IMG/VR virus record: IMGVR_UViG_3300025617_000977
Span: 7,807 to 71,806 of that record
Strand: one strand, 5' to 3'
From: a virus
DNA: 64,000 nucleotides
In this document: in pieces, positions 46,703 through 55,658 of the stretch
How the letters are laid out: every line of letters starts with the position of its first letter
Position numbering within the stretch: the first letter of the stretch is position 1
Program-made: the position numbers and the translations under genes
The notes under the pieces: model-generated
Seen by the model: only the letters and a program-made list of their open reading frames with translations
Database searches by the model: none
Told to the model about the DNA's origin: nothing

Positions 46703-48947
46703 ACCAAGCGACGAACTACAAGCAGTTTTTGATAAATCAGTTAATGATGCTCGAAAACTAAACCACGAATATGTTACACTTGAACATGTGTTGTATGCAA
46801 TGTTGTGTTCAGACAAGTTTGCAAGTTTGGTTACTGGCACAGGTGCAGATCCAGAATTCATTAAAAAGAATATCGAAAACTATCTTAAAAATGATCTAGA
46901 CGATATTACTATGCCGGTCGAAACTGAAGGTAAAAAGTTTAAACCTAAAAAAACTGCAACAGTTGAGCGTGTACTAAACAGAGCGTTTACACAAGTATTG
47001 TTTAACGGCCGTCAGCATATTGAAGTAACTGATGTATTTCTAAGCATTCTAAGCGAAAAGAAATCTTGGTCATACTATCATATCCAAAAAGCAGGTATTA
47101 CTAAAGAATCATTTGCTGAATATCTAAGCAACGAAGTTGAAGATGCATTTGAAGATGAAGAAATGCGTTCGTTAGGACAAAAAGCATTACGTGAATATAC
47201 AACTGATCTTAATTCAGAAGTACAAAAAAATAATGTTGATCCTGTAATTGGTCGTAGCGAAGAATTAGAAACGATTGCTCTTGCATTAGGTCGACGTGCT
47301 AAAAACAATTGCCTACTAGTAGGTGATCCAGGCGTAGGTAAAACTGCTATTGCAGAAGGACTTGCATGGAATATTGTAAATGGTAAAGTTCCAGAGTTTT
47401 TAAAAGAATATAAAGTATATAATCTAGATATTAGTGCTATGCTTGCAGGTTCAAAATATCGAGGTGACTTTGAAGAACGTTTCAAACTTGTCATGGCTGG
47501 TATTAAAAAGCAAGGCAAAACCATTATGTTTATTGACGAAGCACATATGATGAATGGTGCTGGCGCAGGTGGCAGTGGTAACTCAAACGATCTTGCTAAC
47601 ATGCTTAAACCTGCTCTTACCAAAGGCAACATTAAAGTTGTAGCATCAACTACTTGGGAAGAATATCGCAAGTACTTTGAAAAGGATCGTGCATTAATGC
47701 GTCGATTCCAGCGTGTTACAGTTGACGAGCCAAGTGCAGAAGTATCAAAAGAAATCCTAACCGGTATTAAAAAGTACTACGAGGAATTCCACAACACTAC
47801 TATTACTGACGATGCTATTGATACAGCAATTAAACTTAGTGTCAAGTATCAAGCAGATAAGAAACTACCAGATAAGGCCATTGACCTATTAGATCTTGCG
47901 TGTTCTCGTTTTAATCTAAAAGACGTTGAAGGTGATAAAATTGTAGACAAAGAAGAGGTACAATTTGAAATTGCTAAAGTTGTTAATCTTCCGCCTGAAC
48001 AAGTGCAACAAAAAGAAACTAGCAACCTTGCAAGCCTTGAAGGCAATCTAAAGAAAGTTGTATTTGGTCAAGACAAAGCAATCGATGACATTGTTGATAA
48101 AATCCTTGTTGCGCAAGCAGGTCTTAAGCCTGATAACAAGCCAGTAGGTAGTTTTGTGTTTATGGGTCCAACAGGTGTTGGTAAAACTGAAACAGCAAAA
48201 CAATTAAGTAGTCAACTAGGTGTAAAACTTGTGCGTTTTGATATGAGCGAATATCAAGAGAAGCATAGTGTTGCTAAACTAATTGGTTCGCCTCCAGGAT
48301 ATGTAGGCTTCGAAGACAATGCTGGATTGCTAATTACAAAGTTACAGGAACATCCTAATTGTGTACTGCTACTTGATGAGATTGAAAAAGCACATCCAGA
48401 TGTTTCACAGATCCTATTGCAACTTATGGACAACGGTAAAATTACAGGATCAAATGGCAAAGAAGCCGACGGTAAGAACTGTGTATTAATTCTTACTACT
48501 AACTTAGGTGCTAGTGAAGCAGAGAAAAATACAATTGGGTTTGAGGACGAATGGTCAGAGGATTATGAAGACACTGAACTTAAAAAGTTCTTTGCACCAG
48601 AGTTCCGCAATAGACTTGACGGGGTTGTAACATTTGGTAATCTTGAAAAGAATACTATGATTAAAATTGTTGGTAAGTTCCTTGTAGAACTTAAAGACAT
48701 GCTTAAAGAACAAAATGTTACTGTAGAAATTACTGACGATGCTATTGATTATCTAGTTGAAACAGGATTTGACCGCAAAATGGGTGCAAGGCCGCTACAA
48801 CGTGTAATTGATAAAGAAATCAAACGTGACCTAAGTAAAGTTATGCTGTTTGGAGATCTTAAAGATGGTGGGCATTTGAGTATTGACGTAAAGGATAAGA
48901 AAATTATTCTTAATACTGATACAGTCACAGAACCAGTAATGGCATAG
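46695..48947 (+). CDS. clpA: ClpA-like AAA+ unfoldase
   Basis: Clp N-domain, two Walker A motifs (GDPGVGKT, GPTGVGKT), KYRGDFEER, PPGYVG, IGF loop, GARPL. Confidence 0.92.
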   Translation: MVEPSDELQAVFDKSVNDARKLNHEYVTLEHVLYAMLCSDKFASLVTGTGADPEFIKKNIENYLKNDLDDITMPVETEGKKFKPKKTATVERVLNRAFTQVLFNGRQHIEVTDVFLSILSEKKSWSYYHIQKAGITKESFAEYLSNEVEDAFEDEEMRSLGQKALREYTTDLNSEVQKNNVDPVIGRSEELETIALALGRRAKNNCLLVGDPGVGKTAIAEGLAWNIVNGKVPEFLKEYKVYNLDISAMLAGSKYRGDFEERFKLVMAGIKKQGKTIMFIDEAHMMNGAGAGGSGNSNDLANMLKPALTKGNIKVVASTTWEEYRKYFEKDRALMRRFQRVTVDEPSAEVSKEILTGIKKYYEEFHNTTITDDAIDTAIKLSVKYQADKKLPDKAIDLLDLACSRFNLKDVEGDKIVDKEEVQFEIAKVVNLPPEQVQQKETSNLASLEGNLKKVVFGQDKAIDDIVDKILVAQAGLKPDNKPVGSFVFMGPTGVGKTETAKQLSSQLGVKLVRFDMSEYQEKHSVAKLIGSPPGYVGFEDNAGLLITKLQEHPNCVLLLDEIEKAHPDVSQILLQLMDNGKITGSNGKEADGKNCVLILTTNLGASEAEKNTIGFEDEWSEDYEDTELKKFFAPEFRNRLDGVVTFGNLEKNTMIKIVGKFLVELKDMLKEQNVTVEITDDAIDYLVETGFDRKMGARPLQRVIDKEIKRDLSKVMLFGDLKDGGHLSIDVKDKKIILNTDTVTEPVMA

Positions 48948-48964
48948 ATCAGATAAATAGTTGT

Positions 48965-49306
48965 ATGCCAAGCAATAGTGAAATAATTTTATCAGCAAAT
49001 ACTCATCCAGGAGACAGTACCGTAGAAACAATTACGGGCGAAAAGTTTAAAGGAGACGGCTACTACGGTCGTGCAGACGGTGTACACACTGTACAATATA
49101 ACTTTGACGGGTTAACTGGAACAATAACTATTCAAGCATCGTTGGCAGTAACACCAACTGATGCTGATTGGTTTGAAGTACATTCTTATACTGCGGCACA
49201 AGAAACTGCAAGTAAATATGCAAACTTTACTGGCAACTTTGTTTGGGTAAGAGCAGTAATTGAATATACTGATGGAACTATTAACAGCATTTTGCTTAAC
49301 CACTAG
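48965..49306 (+). CDS. conserved late (probably virion) protein
   Basis: KGDGYYG..DG.HT, NFTGNFVWVRA; leaderless late motif at 48954. Confidence 0.7.
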   Translation: MPSNSEIILSANTHPGDSTVETITGEKFKGDGYYGRADGVHTVQYNFDGLTGTITIQASLAVTPTDADWFEVHSYTAAQETASKYANFTGNFVWVRAVIEYTDGTINSILLNH

Positions 49307-49314
49307 GAGAAATT

Positions 49315-49581
49315 ATGCATTCTATTACAGTTGTATGGTCAAAAACAGAAGAAGATGTAGATGCTATTGTTGCTGAGAATGTAATTAACAGTTCTTCCAC
49401 TGCATTGCTTGAGTCAGAAACCCATTACGAAATTTACGAATCAGACAAGGGCGAAACCGTCCTTGTTGTAGAAACCCACAAGAAACTAAGCGAACAAGAA
49501 TCGGATGAAGTTGCCGAATCTGTTGCAAATAGGTTGTTTGATTTAGGGTTTGATAAATTCGATATCGAAATCTCTGTATAA
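49315..49581 (+). CDS. acidic hypothetical protein
   Basis: 88 aa, AGGAG SD. Confidence 0.7.
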   Translation: MHSITVVWSKTEEDVDAIVAENVINSSSTALLESETHYEIYESDKGETVLVVETHKKLSEQESDEVAESVANRLFDLGFDKFDIEISV

Positions 49582-49630
49582 CCATTTTGTGATAAATACT
49601 TTATAACAAGATATAAAGGTTAGTACTACC

Positions 49631-50299
49631 ATGAGAAAAACGTTTAAAGATTATCTAGCAGAATCAGACGGATTTGGATCTTCACCTAAACCAACAGTAA
49701 GAAAACCTGTTCGTTATGATCCTGATCAATCAATGCCAAGTATAATGAAATACGCATATCAACCGGATGTAACAAGAGCGTTGAGAAAAGCGGCGGACCT
49801 TTCAGATGATGCGCCTGTTTATTTTGACGATGCAGATCTAGTATATGGTGACGAAACTGTTTGGCCAAGATGCGGAGTAGATGATGACTGTACATTCGGT
49901 GATGCGGTTAAAGCACTTAAAAAGTTTGCAAGCAAAGGTGAAAGTGAAATCGATCGTATTAAAGACCTATCAGGCATCACTGAGCAAACTATTGACGATG
50001 ATGACGATATTCACGAATGGTTTGGTGACATGTACTACAACGATGACGATATTGTAGACGAAGCAGAATATCAAGGACGTAAAGTTAAACTAGGCAAGCC
50101 TATGCAAGGTGATACTAAAAAGTTTAAAGTGTACGTTAAGAATCCAAAGGGCAACGTAGTCAAAGTTAACTTTGGCTCTAAAGAACATAAAATTAAAAAG
50201 TCCAATCCTAAACGTAGAAAGTCGTTTAGAGCAAGACATAACTGTGATAACCCAGGACCGCGTCATAAGGCACGCTATTGGTCATGTAGAAAATGGTAG
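49631..50299 (+). CDS. putative internal head protein (modular)
   Basis: N-terminus MRKTFKDYLAE resembles the T4 capsid-targeting sequence; basic C-terminal EAEYQGRKV...YWSCRKW module. Confidence 0.7.
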   Translation: MRKTFKDYLAESDGFGSSPKPTVRKPVRYDPDQSMPSIMKYAYQPDVTRALRKAADLSDDAPVYFDDADLVYGDETVWPRCGVDDDCTFGDAVKALKKFASKGESEIDRIKDLSGITEQTIDDDDDIHEWFGDMYYNDDDIVDEAEYQGRKVKLGKPMQGDTKKFKVYVKNPKGNVVKVNFGSKEHKIKKSNPKRRKSFRARHNCDNPGPRHKARYWSCRKW

Positions 50300-50305
50300 A
50301 CAAAT

Positions 50306-50644
50306 ATGAAATTTGATGATATAATAGATAGTAACAATGCTGACAACAGACCTAACTTTAATGTTGAAGACGATCTTCAATGTTTTATGAAGGATGATAC
50401 TATGTTTTATAGAAAAGAGTATTATCCTACAATGACTAAGTGTCAGGACTGTTATAACAAAGGCGATGCTAACAAAGGATTTAGTTTTATTCTACCAATG
50501 ATTGACAAAGGTGTTAATAGATATATTAAAACGTTTGACTTGCCATACGAAGCAAACGAATTATGCACACCAGATGAACGCAAAACACTTGCTCAAAAAA
50601 TATATGACAGTGAAGTAGAGTCGTTTAAGGAAGGCGAGTACTAA
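50306..50644 (+). CDS. hypothetical late protein
   Basis: 112 aa; DDL..FM.DD..FYRK.YYP. Confidence 0.7.
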   Translation: MKFDDIIDSNNADNRPNFNVEDDLQCFMKDDTMFYRKEYYPTMTKCQDCYNKGDANKGFSFILPMIDKGVNRYIKTFDLPYEANELCTPDERKTLAQKIYDSEVESFKEGEY

Positions 50645-51597
50645 TGCGTTTAAGACAAATATTTGAAGCACCAGGAAAAGAAGTTAGTTTTGCATTAGGC
50701 AGACTTAATCCAGCAACTAAAGGACACGGTCTCCTTGTTGAAGCACTTAAACAAGGACCTGGCGATTCGATTTTGTTTTTAACTGACCGGATTGCAAAAT
50801 TACCAAGTGATCCGCTTCAAGCAAACGAAAAACTAGAATGGGCAAAGAAAAGTTTTCCAGATATTAACATCGAACTTGCTAAAAATATTATGTTTGCCGC
50901 TGTTGAACTTTACAAAAGAGGTTATACTGATGTAACATTTTTTGAAGGTGAAGACAAACTAGGAAAATTATTAGAAAAATACAACGGTGTTGATTCAACA
51001 CACGGTATGTTTAAATTTAATTCAATCAATTTTCAACGTCTAAAGCGCAATCCAGATGCTGATGATGCTTCGGGAATGAGTGCTAGTAAACTAAGACAAT
51101 TTGTAATTGACGACGACTTTAAATCTTTCCAAGAAGGCGTTACAAAGCCTGCACAGCCTTATGCACAAAAAATGTTTGACACGCTAAAAAGCAGGCTCAG
51201 CAGTACAGAAGAAAATATTGATGAGTGGGTCGGTCCTGCTATTAATGCTTTGAAATATGGTAAACATGCATTTAAAATCGGTAAGTTCTTTTGGAACAAC
51301 AAATGGGCTACAGCATTCCTTATTGGAAGTTGGAAAACTATTGGCTGGATACAAGATGCAATTGACTTTGTTGAGCCGTACTTAGATAATCCAATTGCAA
51401 AAGCATTATTAAAATACGGATTACATGCAATACCAGTAGCAGTAGCAATTTACGGTGGTATAAAGTTGTATAATGCTATTAAAGATACTGATAACGAAGA
51501 GGACTTTAAATCTGCACTTGAGAAGTTTAAAGCAGATGAAAAAGAATTACGTGGGTTAGAGCAAGAACTCATGGACACAATGCCAGGGAAAGCATAA
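50644..51597 (+). CDS. HIGH-class nucleotidyltransferase with amphipathic C-terminal extension
   Basis: GRLNPATKGH (HxGH-like) and MSASKLR (KMSKS-like); N-terminus MRLRQIFE. Confidence 0.78.
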   Translation: MRLRQIFEAPGKEVSFALGRLNPATKGHGLLVEALKQGPGDSILFLTDRIAKLPSDPLQANEKLEWAKKSFPDINIELAKNIMFAAVELYKRGYTDVTFFEGEDKLGKLLEKYNGVDSTHGMFKFNSINFQRLKRNPDADDASGMSASKLRQFVIDDDFKSFQEGVTKPAQPYAQKMFDTLKSRLSSTEENIDEWVGPAINALKYGKHAFKIGKFFWNNKWATAFLIGSWKTIGWIQDAIDFVEPYLDNPIAKALLKYGLHAIPVAVAIYGGIKLYNAIKDTDNEEDFKSALEKFKADEKELRGLEQELMDTMPGKA

Positions 51598-51815
51598 TGG
51601 ATCACGATTTAGATACTCTAAAAAGATTAGCAGGTGTCGGTGAATACGCATTTAAAGGTCTTCAAGCAGTTGAAGAAAATTTATCTATTACCGGAACTGA
51701 AAAAAGACGTATCGAAAAAGAAAAAGGTCTTAGACCTGGTGACCCGGATTGGTTCAAACTATGGTTTGCAAAGCCTCACTTAACTGGTGAGCGCCATTCA
51801 AAGGATGAACGATGA
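51597..51815 (+). CDS. conserved late hypothetical protein
   Basis: LKRLAGV, ITGTEKR, PGDPDWFKLWF. Confidence 0.7.
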   Translation: MDHDLDTLKRLAGVGEYAFKGLQAVEENLSITGTEKRRIEKEKGLRPGDPDWFKLWFAKPHLTGERHSKDER

Positions 51816-53269
51816 AATTTAATGATGTAAAAGATATTAATAAAAAAGTTCCGGTTCCTAGATCATTTAAACATTATCATCAAATGGCTGAAAATGGTGG
51901 ACGCATTGTAAAAGGTGTTAACACAACTCCTGATGTAAGTACTGATGAAATTAAAACCCAAGCCGCAAAGTTTGGCAACAAAGTAGACAAAGATGGACGT
52001 CCGCCCACACTAAGCAAAAAAGTTAAAGGCTCTAAAACAAATGTGCTGTTTAACTTAGGCATGTCCGAAAGCGTCAACGAGTCTAAAGAATTAGCATCAG
52101 CAAGTGAAATTTATGTAGACATGGACGGTGTTCTTGTTGACTTCTTTGGTGAATGGACTAAGATGATGGGTGTTAGTGATTGGAAGCAAATTAAAAATGT
52201 TGATCAAGCACTACAGAAAATTAGAGATAAAGACGACTTTTGGTTATCACTGAAGCCTACTAAGAATGCCGGTAAGTTGTTGTCTATTATTAAAAAAATT
52301 AAAGGCGAATATAATATTTTATCTGCTCCGTTGGCAGGAGATCCTAAAGCAGAACCTCACAAACGTGAATGGATTTCAAAATACTTAAAAGCGTTTCCAC
52401 CTAAAAACGTTATCATTACAGCAGACAAACAAAAATATGCAACACAAGCAGACGGTACTCCAAACATTTTAATCGATGACTTTGGCCAAAATGTTTCTAA
52501 ATGGGAAGCATCCGGCGGCGTTGGTTTTAAGCATAAAGATCATAAGTTTGAAAGAACTGCTACGCAATTAGCCGATTATATAAGTCCTGAGCGCAATGAA
52601 GAAATTGCAGAAATATTAGGCTTTACTACACGAACTCCAAAACGTGCAACAATAAAAAAGAAGCGTCCACCAGAAGAACTTAGCGTAAAAGACAAAGTAG
52701 CAAAACGTAGAGCAATGGCTGCTAAAGGCAATCCAGATGCTTTTAAATCGGGTGCAGTTAAAGAAGGTGATTTAGTATTAAATCATTCTAAATTACGTTC
52801 TTTTATTATTGATATGATTTCAGATAAAATTAATAAAACTGATGATGTTGAACAACTTTCTAAATGGTTAAAGTTAATCGTAGGAAAAGAAGTTGCACCT
52901 CGAGGTGCTAAGAGTTATACTATTTCTGCAGAGGATGTGGTAGAAGCAATTTCAAAAATACAAAATCGTATATCAGAAGGTGATGCAATACCTAATCCTA
53001 AAAATACATTCCTTACAAAATCAGACACAGCATACGATCATTATAAAGTAGGCACAAACTTAGCAAACTTAAAAAAAGTTCCAAAGGGTGCTAACTATGA
53101 CGAACCGGACATTGTAATTGCTCCATATGCAGGTCAAAAAGAAATGAAATATCTTATGAAGCAACTAAAGCGCATTGGTTACGATGTACAAGATGCGGCT
53201 GGGTATAAAGATGCACATTACGATGAAGATTCTGGAAATGAGTCTAGATATCTTGTTGGGATTAAATAA
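51812..53269 (+). CDS. modular protein with 5'(3')-nucleotidase-like HAD domain
   Basis: IYVDMDGVLVDF, ILSAP, KREW, LIDD, W...GG; flanked by short basic modules. Confidence 0.8.
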   Translation: MKFNDVKDINKKVPVPRSFKHYHQMAENGGRIVKGVNTTPDVSTDEIKTQAAKFGNKVDKDGRPPTLSKKVKGSKTNVLFNLGMSESVNESKELASASEIYVDMDGVLVDFFGEWTKMMGVSDWKQIKNVDQALQKIRDKDDFWLSLKPTKNAGKLLSIIKKIKGEYNILSAPLAGDPKAEPHKREWISKYLKAFPPKNVIITADKQKYATQADGTPNILIDDFGQNVSKWEASGGVGFKHKDHKFERTATQLADYISPERNEEIAEILGFTTRTPKRATIKKKRPPEELSVKDKVAKRRAMAAKGNPDAFKSGAVKEGDLVLNHSKLRSFIIDMISDKINKTDDVEQLSKWLKLIVGKEVAPRGAKSYTISAEDVVEAISKIQNRISEGDAIPNPKNTFLTKSDTAYDHYKVGTNLANLKKVPKGANYDEPDIVIAPYAGQKEMKYLMKQLKRIGYDVQDAAGYKDAHYDEDSGNESRYLVGIK

Positions 53270-53469
53270 TGCTGATATTTGAGATTACTGAAAACTTTGC
53301 TGACGGTAAGAAAAAAGGCAAAAGCCGTCCAGGTAGAGTAAAGAAGTCAGGTGCTAGTTGCAATGGATCAGTTACAGCACTACGTAAACGTGCTAAGAAC
53401 GCAAGCGGTGAGAAGGCTAAAATGTATCACTGGTGTGCTAATATGAAGTCAGGTAAGAAGAAGAAATAA
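53269..53469 (+). CDS. small basic putative internal head protein
   Basis: MLIFEITE then NFADGKKKGKSRPGR...HWCANMKSG. Confidence 0.7.
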   Translation: MLIFEITENFADGKKKGKSRPGRVKKSGASCNGSVTALRKRAKNASGEKAKMYHWCANMKSGKKKK

Positions 53470-53615
53470 TGGATATAGAACATTACGTTAAAAAGTATAA
53501 AGAACACGAAGAACGTAAAGCAACTACTAATGAACGTAATGACTATTGGAAGCAATATTCCAAAAAACAACTAGATCCTGAAACAAGTTTTGATATGGGA
53601 AAATACTCCTCGTAG
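53469..53615 (+). CDS. small hypothetical protein (48 aa, below ORF-track cutoff)
   Basis: Manual translation MDIEHYVKKYKEHEERKATTNERNDYW...; TAATG overlap. Confidence 0.5.
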   Translation: MDIEHYVKKYKEHEERKATTNERNDYWKQYSKKQLDPETSFDMGKYSS

Positions 53616-53641
53616 ACACAGGAAAAAAGGTAAATAGTAGT

Positions 53642-54472
53642 ATGAAACTTAGAGAACTTACAGAATCAACAACAGTAACCGAAAATCCTTTAGCAGGTGC
53701 TCAACCAGCGGCAGGAGGTGCTCAACCAGCGGACGCAGATGCAAAACAAGCGGCTCAGAAGACAAGTATGGGTGCAAAACAAGCGGCGACTGCGATGGGT
53801 GCTAAAGGCGGATCAGGCGCAATGATGCAAAAAGGATTAGATAAACTTTCAGCAGGTGGCGCAATGACTGGAGAACTTTCTAAACAAATTGCTCCATTTG
53901 CAAAGCAATTAAGTACTATTCTAGGTAATCAACAACTAAAACAAAAGTTTTTAGCACTTGTTAAGCAGGCAGAACAAGGCGGAGCAAATCAACCGGCTCC
54001 AGAATCATCTAACTATACACCAACAAGAGACGAGGATGATTATAATGCTAAACAAAAAGCATTGCAGGATATTCAAAAAGATCCGGAGACATCAAAAGAT
54101 CCAGAACTTAAAAAAGAACTGATGAAGCGTAAAGCATCATTAGAAAAAGACAAGCCAGTAGACGAAGCAGACAGTATTATGCAATTAGCAAAATTAGTGG
54201 CTGGAGCATCAAACACACAGCAAACTCAAGCATCAGATTTTGCTAACGAAATGAAAGCACTTGCTGGTATTACAACAGAAACGGCAACAGCCGGAGCAAC
54301 TTCATCAGGTAACATTGCATCTGTTGCAAACCCGAGCATGGCGTACGGACAAAGAGGCAAAGACTCGAAAGGGTTGCCTAAGGCGCCACAAAAGAAAAAT
54401 AAAGACGGCACAGCCAAGAATGCGTTAGATATTGATAACGGCTTAATGGGCGGGAAAACAATTAAAAGGTAA
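53642..54472 (+). CDS. putative internal head/core protein
   Basis: MKLRELTE N-terminus; Ala/Gln-rich; ETATAGATSSGNIA module; leaderless late motif. Confidence 0.7.
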   Translation: MKLRELTESTTVTENPLAGAQPAAGGAQPADADAKQAAQKTSMGAKQAATAMGAKGGSGAMMQKGLDKLSAGGAMTGELSKQIAPFAKQLSTILGNQQLKQKFLALVKQAEQGGANQPAPESSNYTPTRDEDDYNAKQKALQDIQKDPETSKDPELKKELMKRKASLEKDKPVDEADSIMQLAKLVAGASNTQQTQASDFANEMKALAGITTETATAGATSSGNIASVANPSMAYGQRGKDSKGLPKAPQKKNKDGTAKNALDIDNGLMGGKTIKR

Positions 54473-54477
54473 TCATT

Positions 54478-55272
54478 ATGAGAGAAAAACATTTAAAAGA
54501 AGATTTAGCAGACTTGGCGTATAAAGCAGAAAGCGATCACGAAGTACAGATGGCTCGTGCAGAGTTATATAAGATTGCAAAGTATGCTATTAAGATGCAT
54601 GATATGCTTAAAGGTGTTGAAGAACGCGAAGGACTTGAAGGTTGGGTGCAATCTAAAATTACTAAAGCCGCAGACTATATGGGCAGTGTTTATCACCACA
54701 TGGACTACGAACAAAAGTTTGACGAAGTCCAAGAAGCAAAGAAAGCAAAGCCAGACTTCCTCGATGTTGACAAAGATGGTGACAAGAAAGAGCCTATGAA
54801 AAAGGCTATTAAAGATAAAAAGTCAAAGCAAACAGACGAACAGTATGTACATGAAAGAGGCAGTAAGAAGAAAAAGAAAACTAACGAAGAAGCCCGTGAT
54901 ACTCATTGTTCAGACAAATGCTGTGGCGCAGATGTTAAAAGAGAAGATTGCAAATGTTCACCAGATTGCAAACATTGTAATTGTAATGCAACTAACGTAG
55001 ACGAAGGCAAGTACAAGAACGATGCACAGCGTAAAGCAGTACATGCTTCTAAAGCAAAAAAAGACAAGTACAAAGAATCGTTTGCAAATAAATTAGCAAA
55101 CAAACTTGCAGAATCAAAAGGTTTATGTTCAGAGTGCGGCAACCCAAGTTACACTACACTCCCAGAAGAAAAGCAAAAAGGCGTTGACGGCAAAGTATGC
55201 TGGAAAGGCTACAAGCGCATGGGCACCAAGAAAAAAGGTGGCAAGACAGTAGACAACTGTGTAAAAATGTAA
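54478..55272 (+). CDS. putative internal head protein (modular, Lys/Cys-rich)
   Basis: DHEVQMAR...WVQSKITKA, KPDFLDVDKDGDKKEPM, Cys-rich segment, CWKGYK...VDNCVK modules. Confidence 0.72.
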   Translation: MREKHLKEDLADLAYKAESDHEVQMARAELYKIAKYAIKMHDMLKGVEEREGLEGWVQSKITKAADYMGSVYHHMDYEQKFDEVQEAKKAKPDFLDVDKDGDKKEPMKKAIKDKKSKQTDEQYVHERGSKKKKKTNEEARDTHCSDKCCGADVKREDCKCSPDCKHCNCNATNVDEGKYKNDAQRKAVHASKAKKDKYKESFANKLANKLAESKGLCSECGNPSYTTLPEEKQKGVDGKVCWKGYKRMGTKKKGGKTVDNCVKM

Positions 55273-55295
55273 TTCCAATTACTAAAGAATATTTC

Positions 55296-55323
55296 AAATA
55301 GCACCTACGGGTGCTATTTTTTT
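55296..55323 (+). terminator. Rho-independent terminator
   Basis: AAATAGCACC-TACG-GGTGCTATTT followed by a T run; cUACGg tetraloop. Confidence 0.88.
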
Positions 55324-55338
55324 GACTCACTATACCAC

Positions 55339-55367
55339 TTGACTTTTACTCCGTCCGACTATATAAT
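55339..55367 (+). promoter_or_regulatory. sigma70 promoter of the replication operon
   Basis: TTGACT-N17-TATAAT. Confidence 0.8.
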
Positions 55368-55397
55368 ATAACAATACTAACATAACAGGAGTAATAT

Positions 55398-55658
55398 ATG
55401 TCTAGCAGAACTTATGGTGCCGACGAAAAAGCAAAACTAGAACGTTTGGTTAACGAAGGCGCAACTGTTTTACGGGAAATTGAAGATCTACAAGAAGGTC
55501 TCAGAGAAACCGTAAAAGCAGTATCACAAGAACTTGATATCAAAACAAGTTTAATTAACAAAGCAATCAAAGTTGCACACAAAGCAGATTGGCACAAAGT
55601 TGCTGATGAATTTGACGATCTTGAAACACTTGTTGTTACAGTTGGCAAAGACAAATAA
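55398..55658 (+). CDS. small dsDNA-binding protein (T4 DsbA/GapR-like)
   Basis: 86 aa helical pattern EIEDLQEGLRETVKAVSQELDIK; AGGAG SD. Confidence 0.65.
   Translation: MSSRTYGADEKAKLERLVNEGATVLREIEDLQEGLRETVKAVSQELDIKTSLINKAIKVAHKADWHKVADEFDDLETLVVTVGKDK

Noticed and set aside
53695-53732. Short direct repeat AGGTGCTCAACCAGCGG x2
   Set aside because: It is an in-frame low-complexity duplication (GAQPA) in an Ala/Gln-rich protein, with no sign of separate function.
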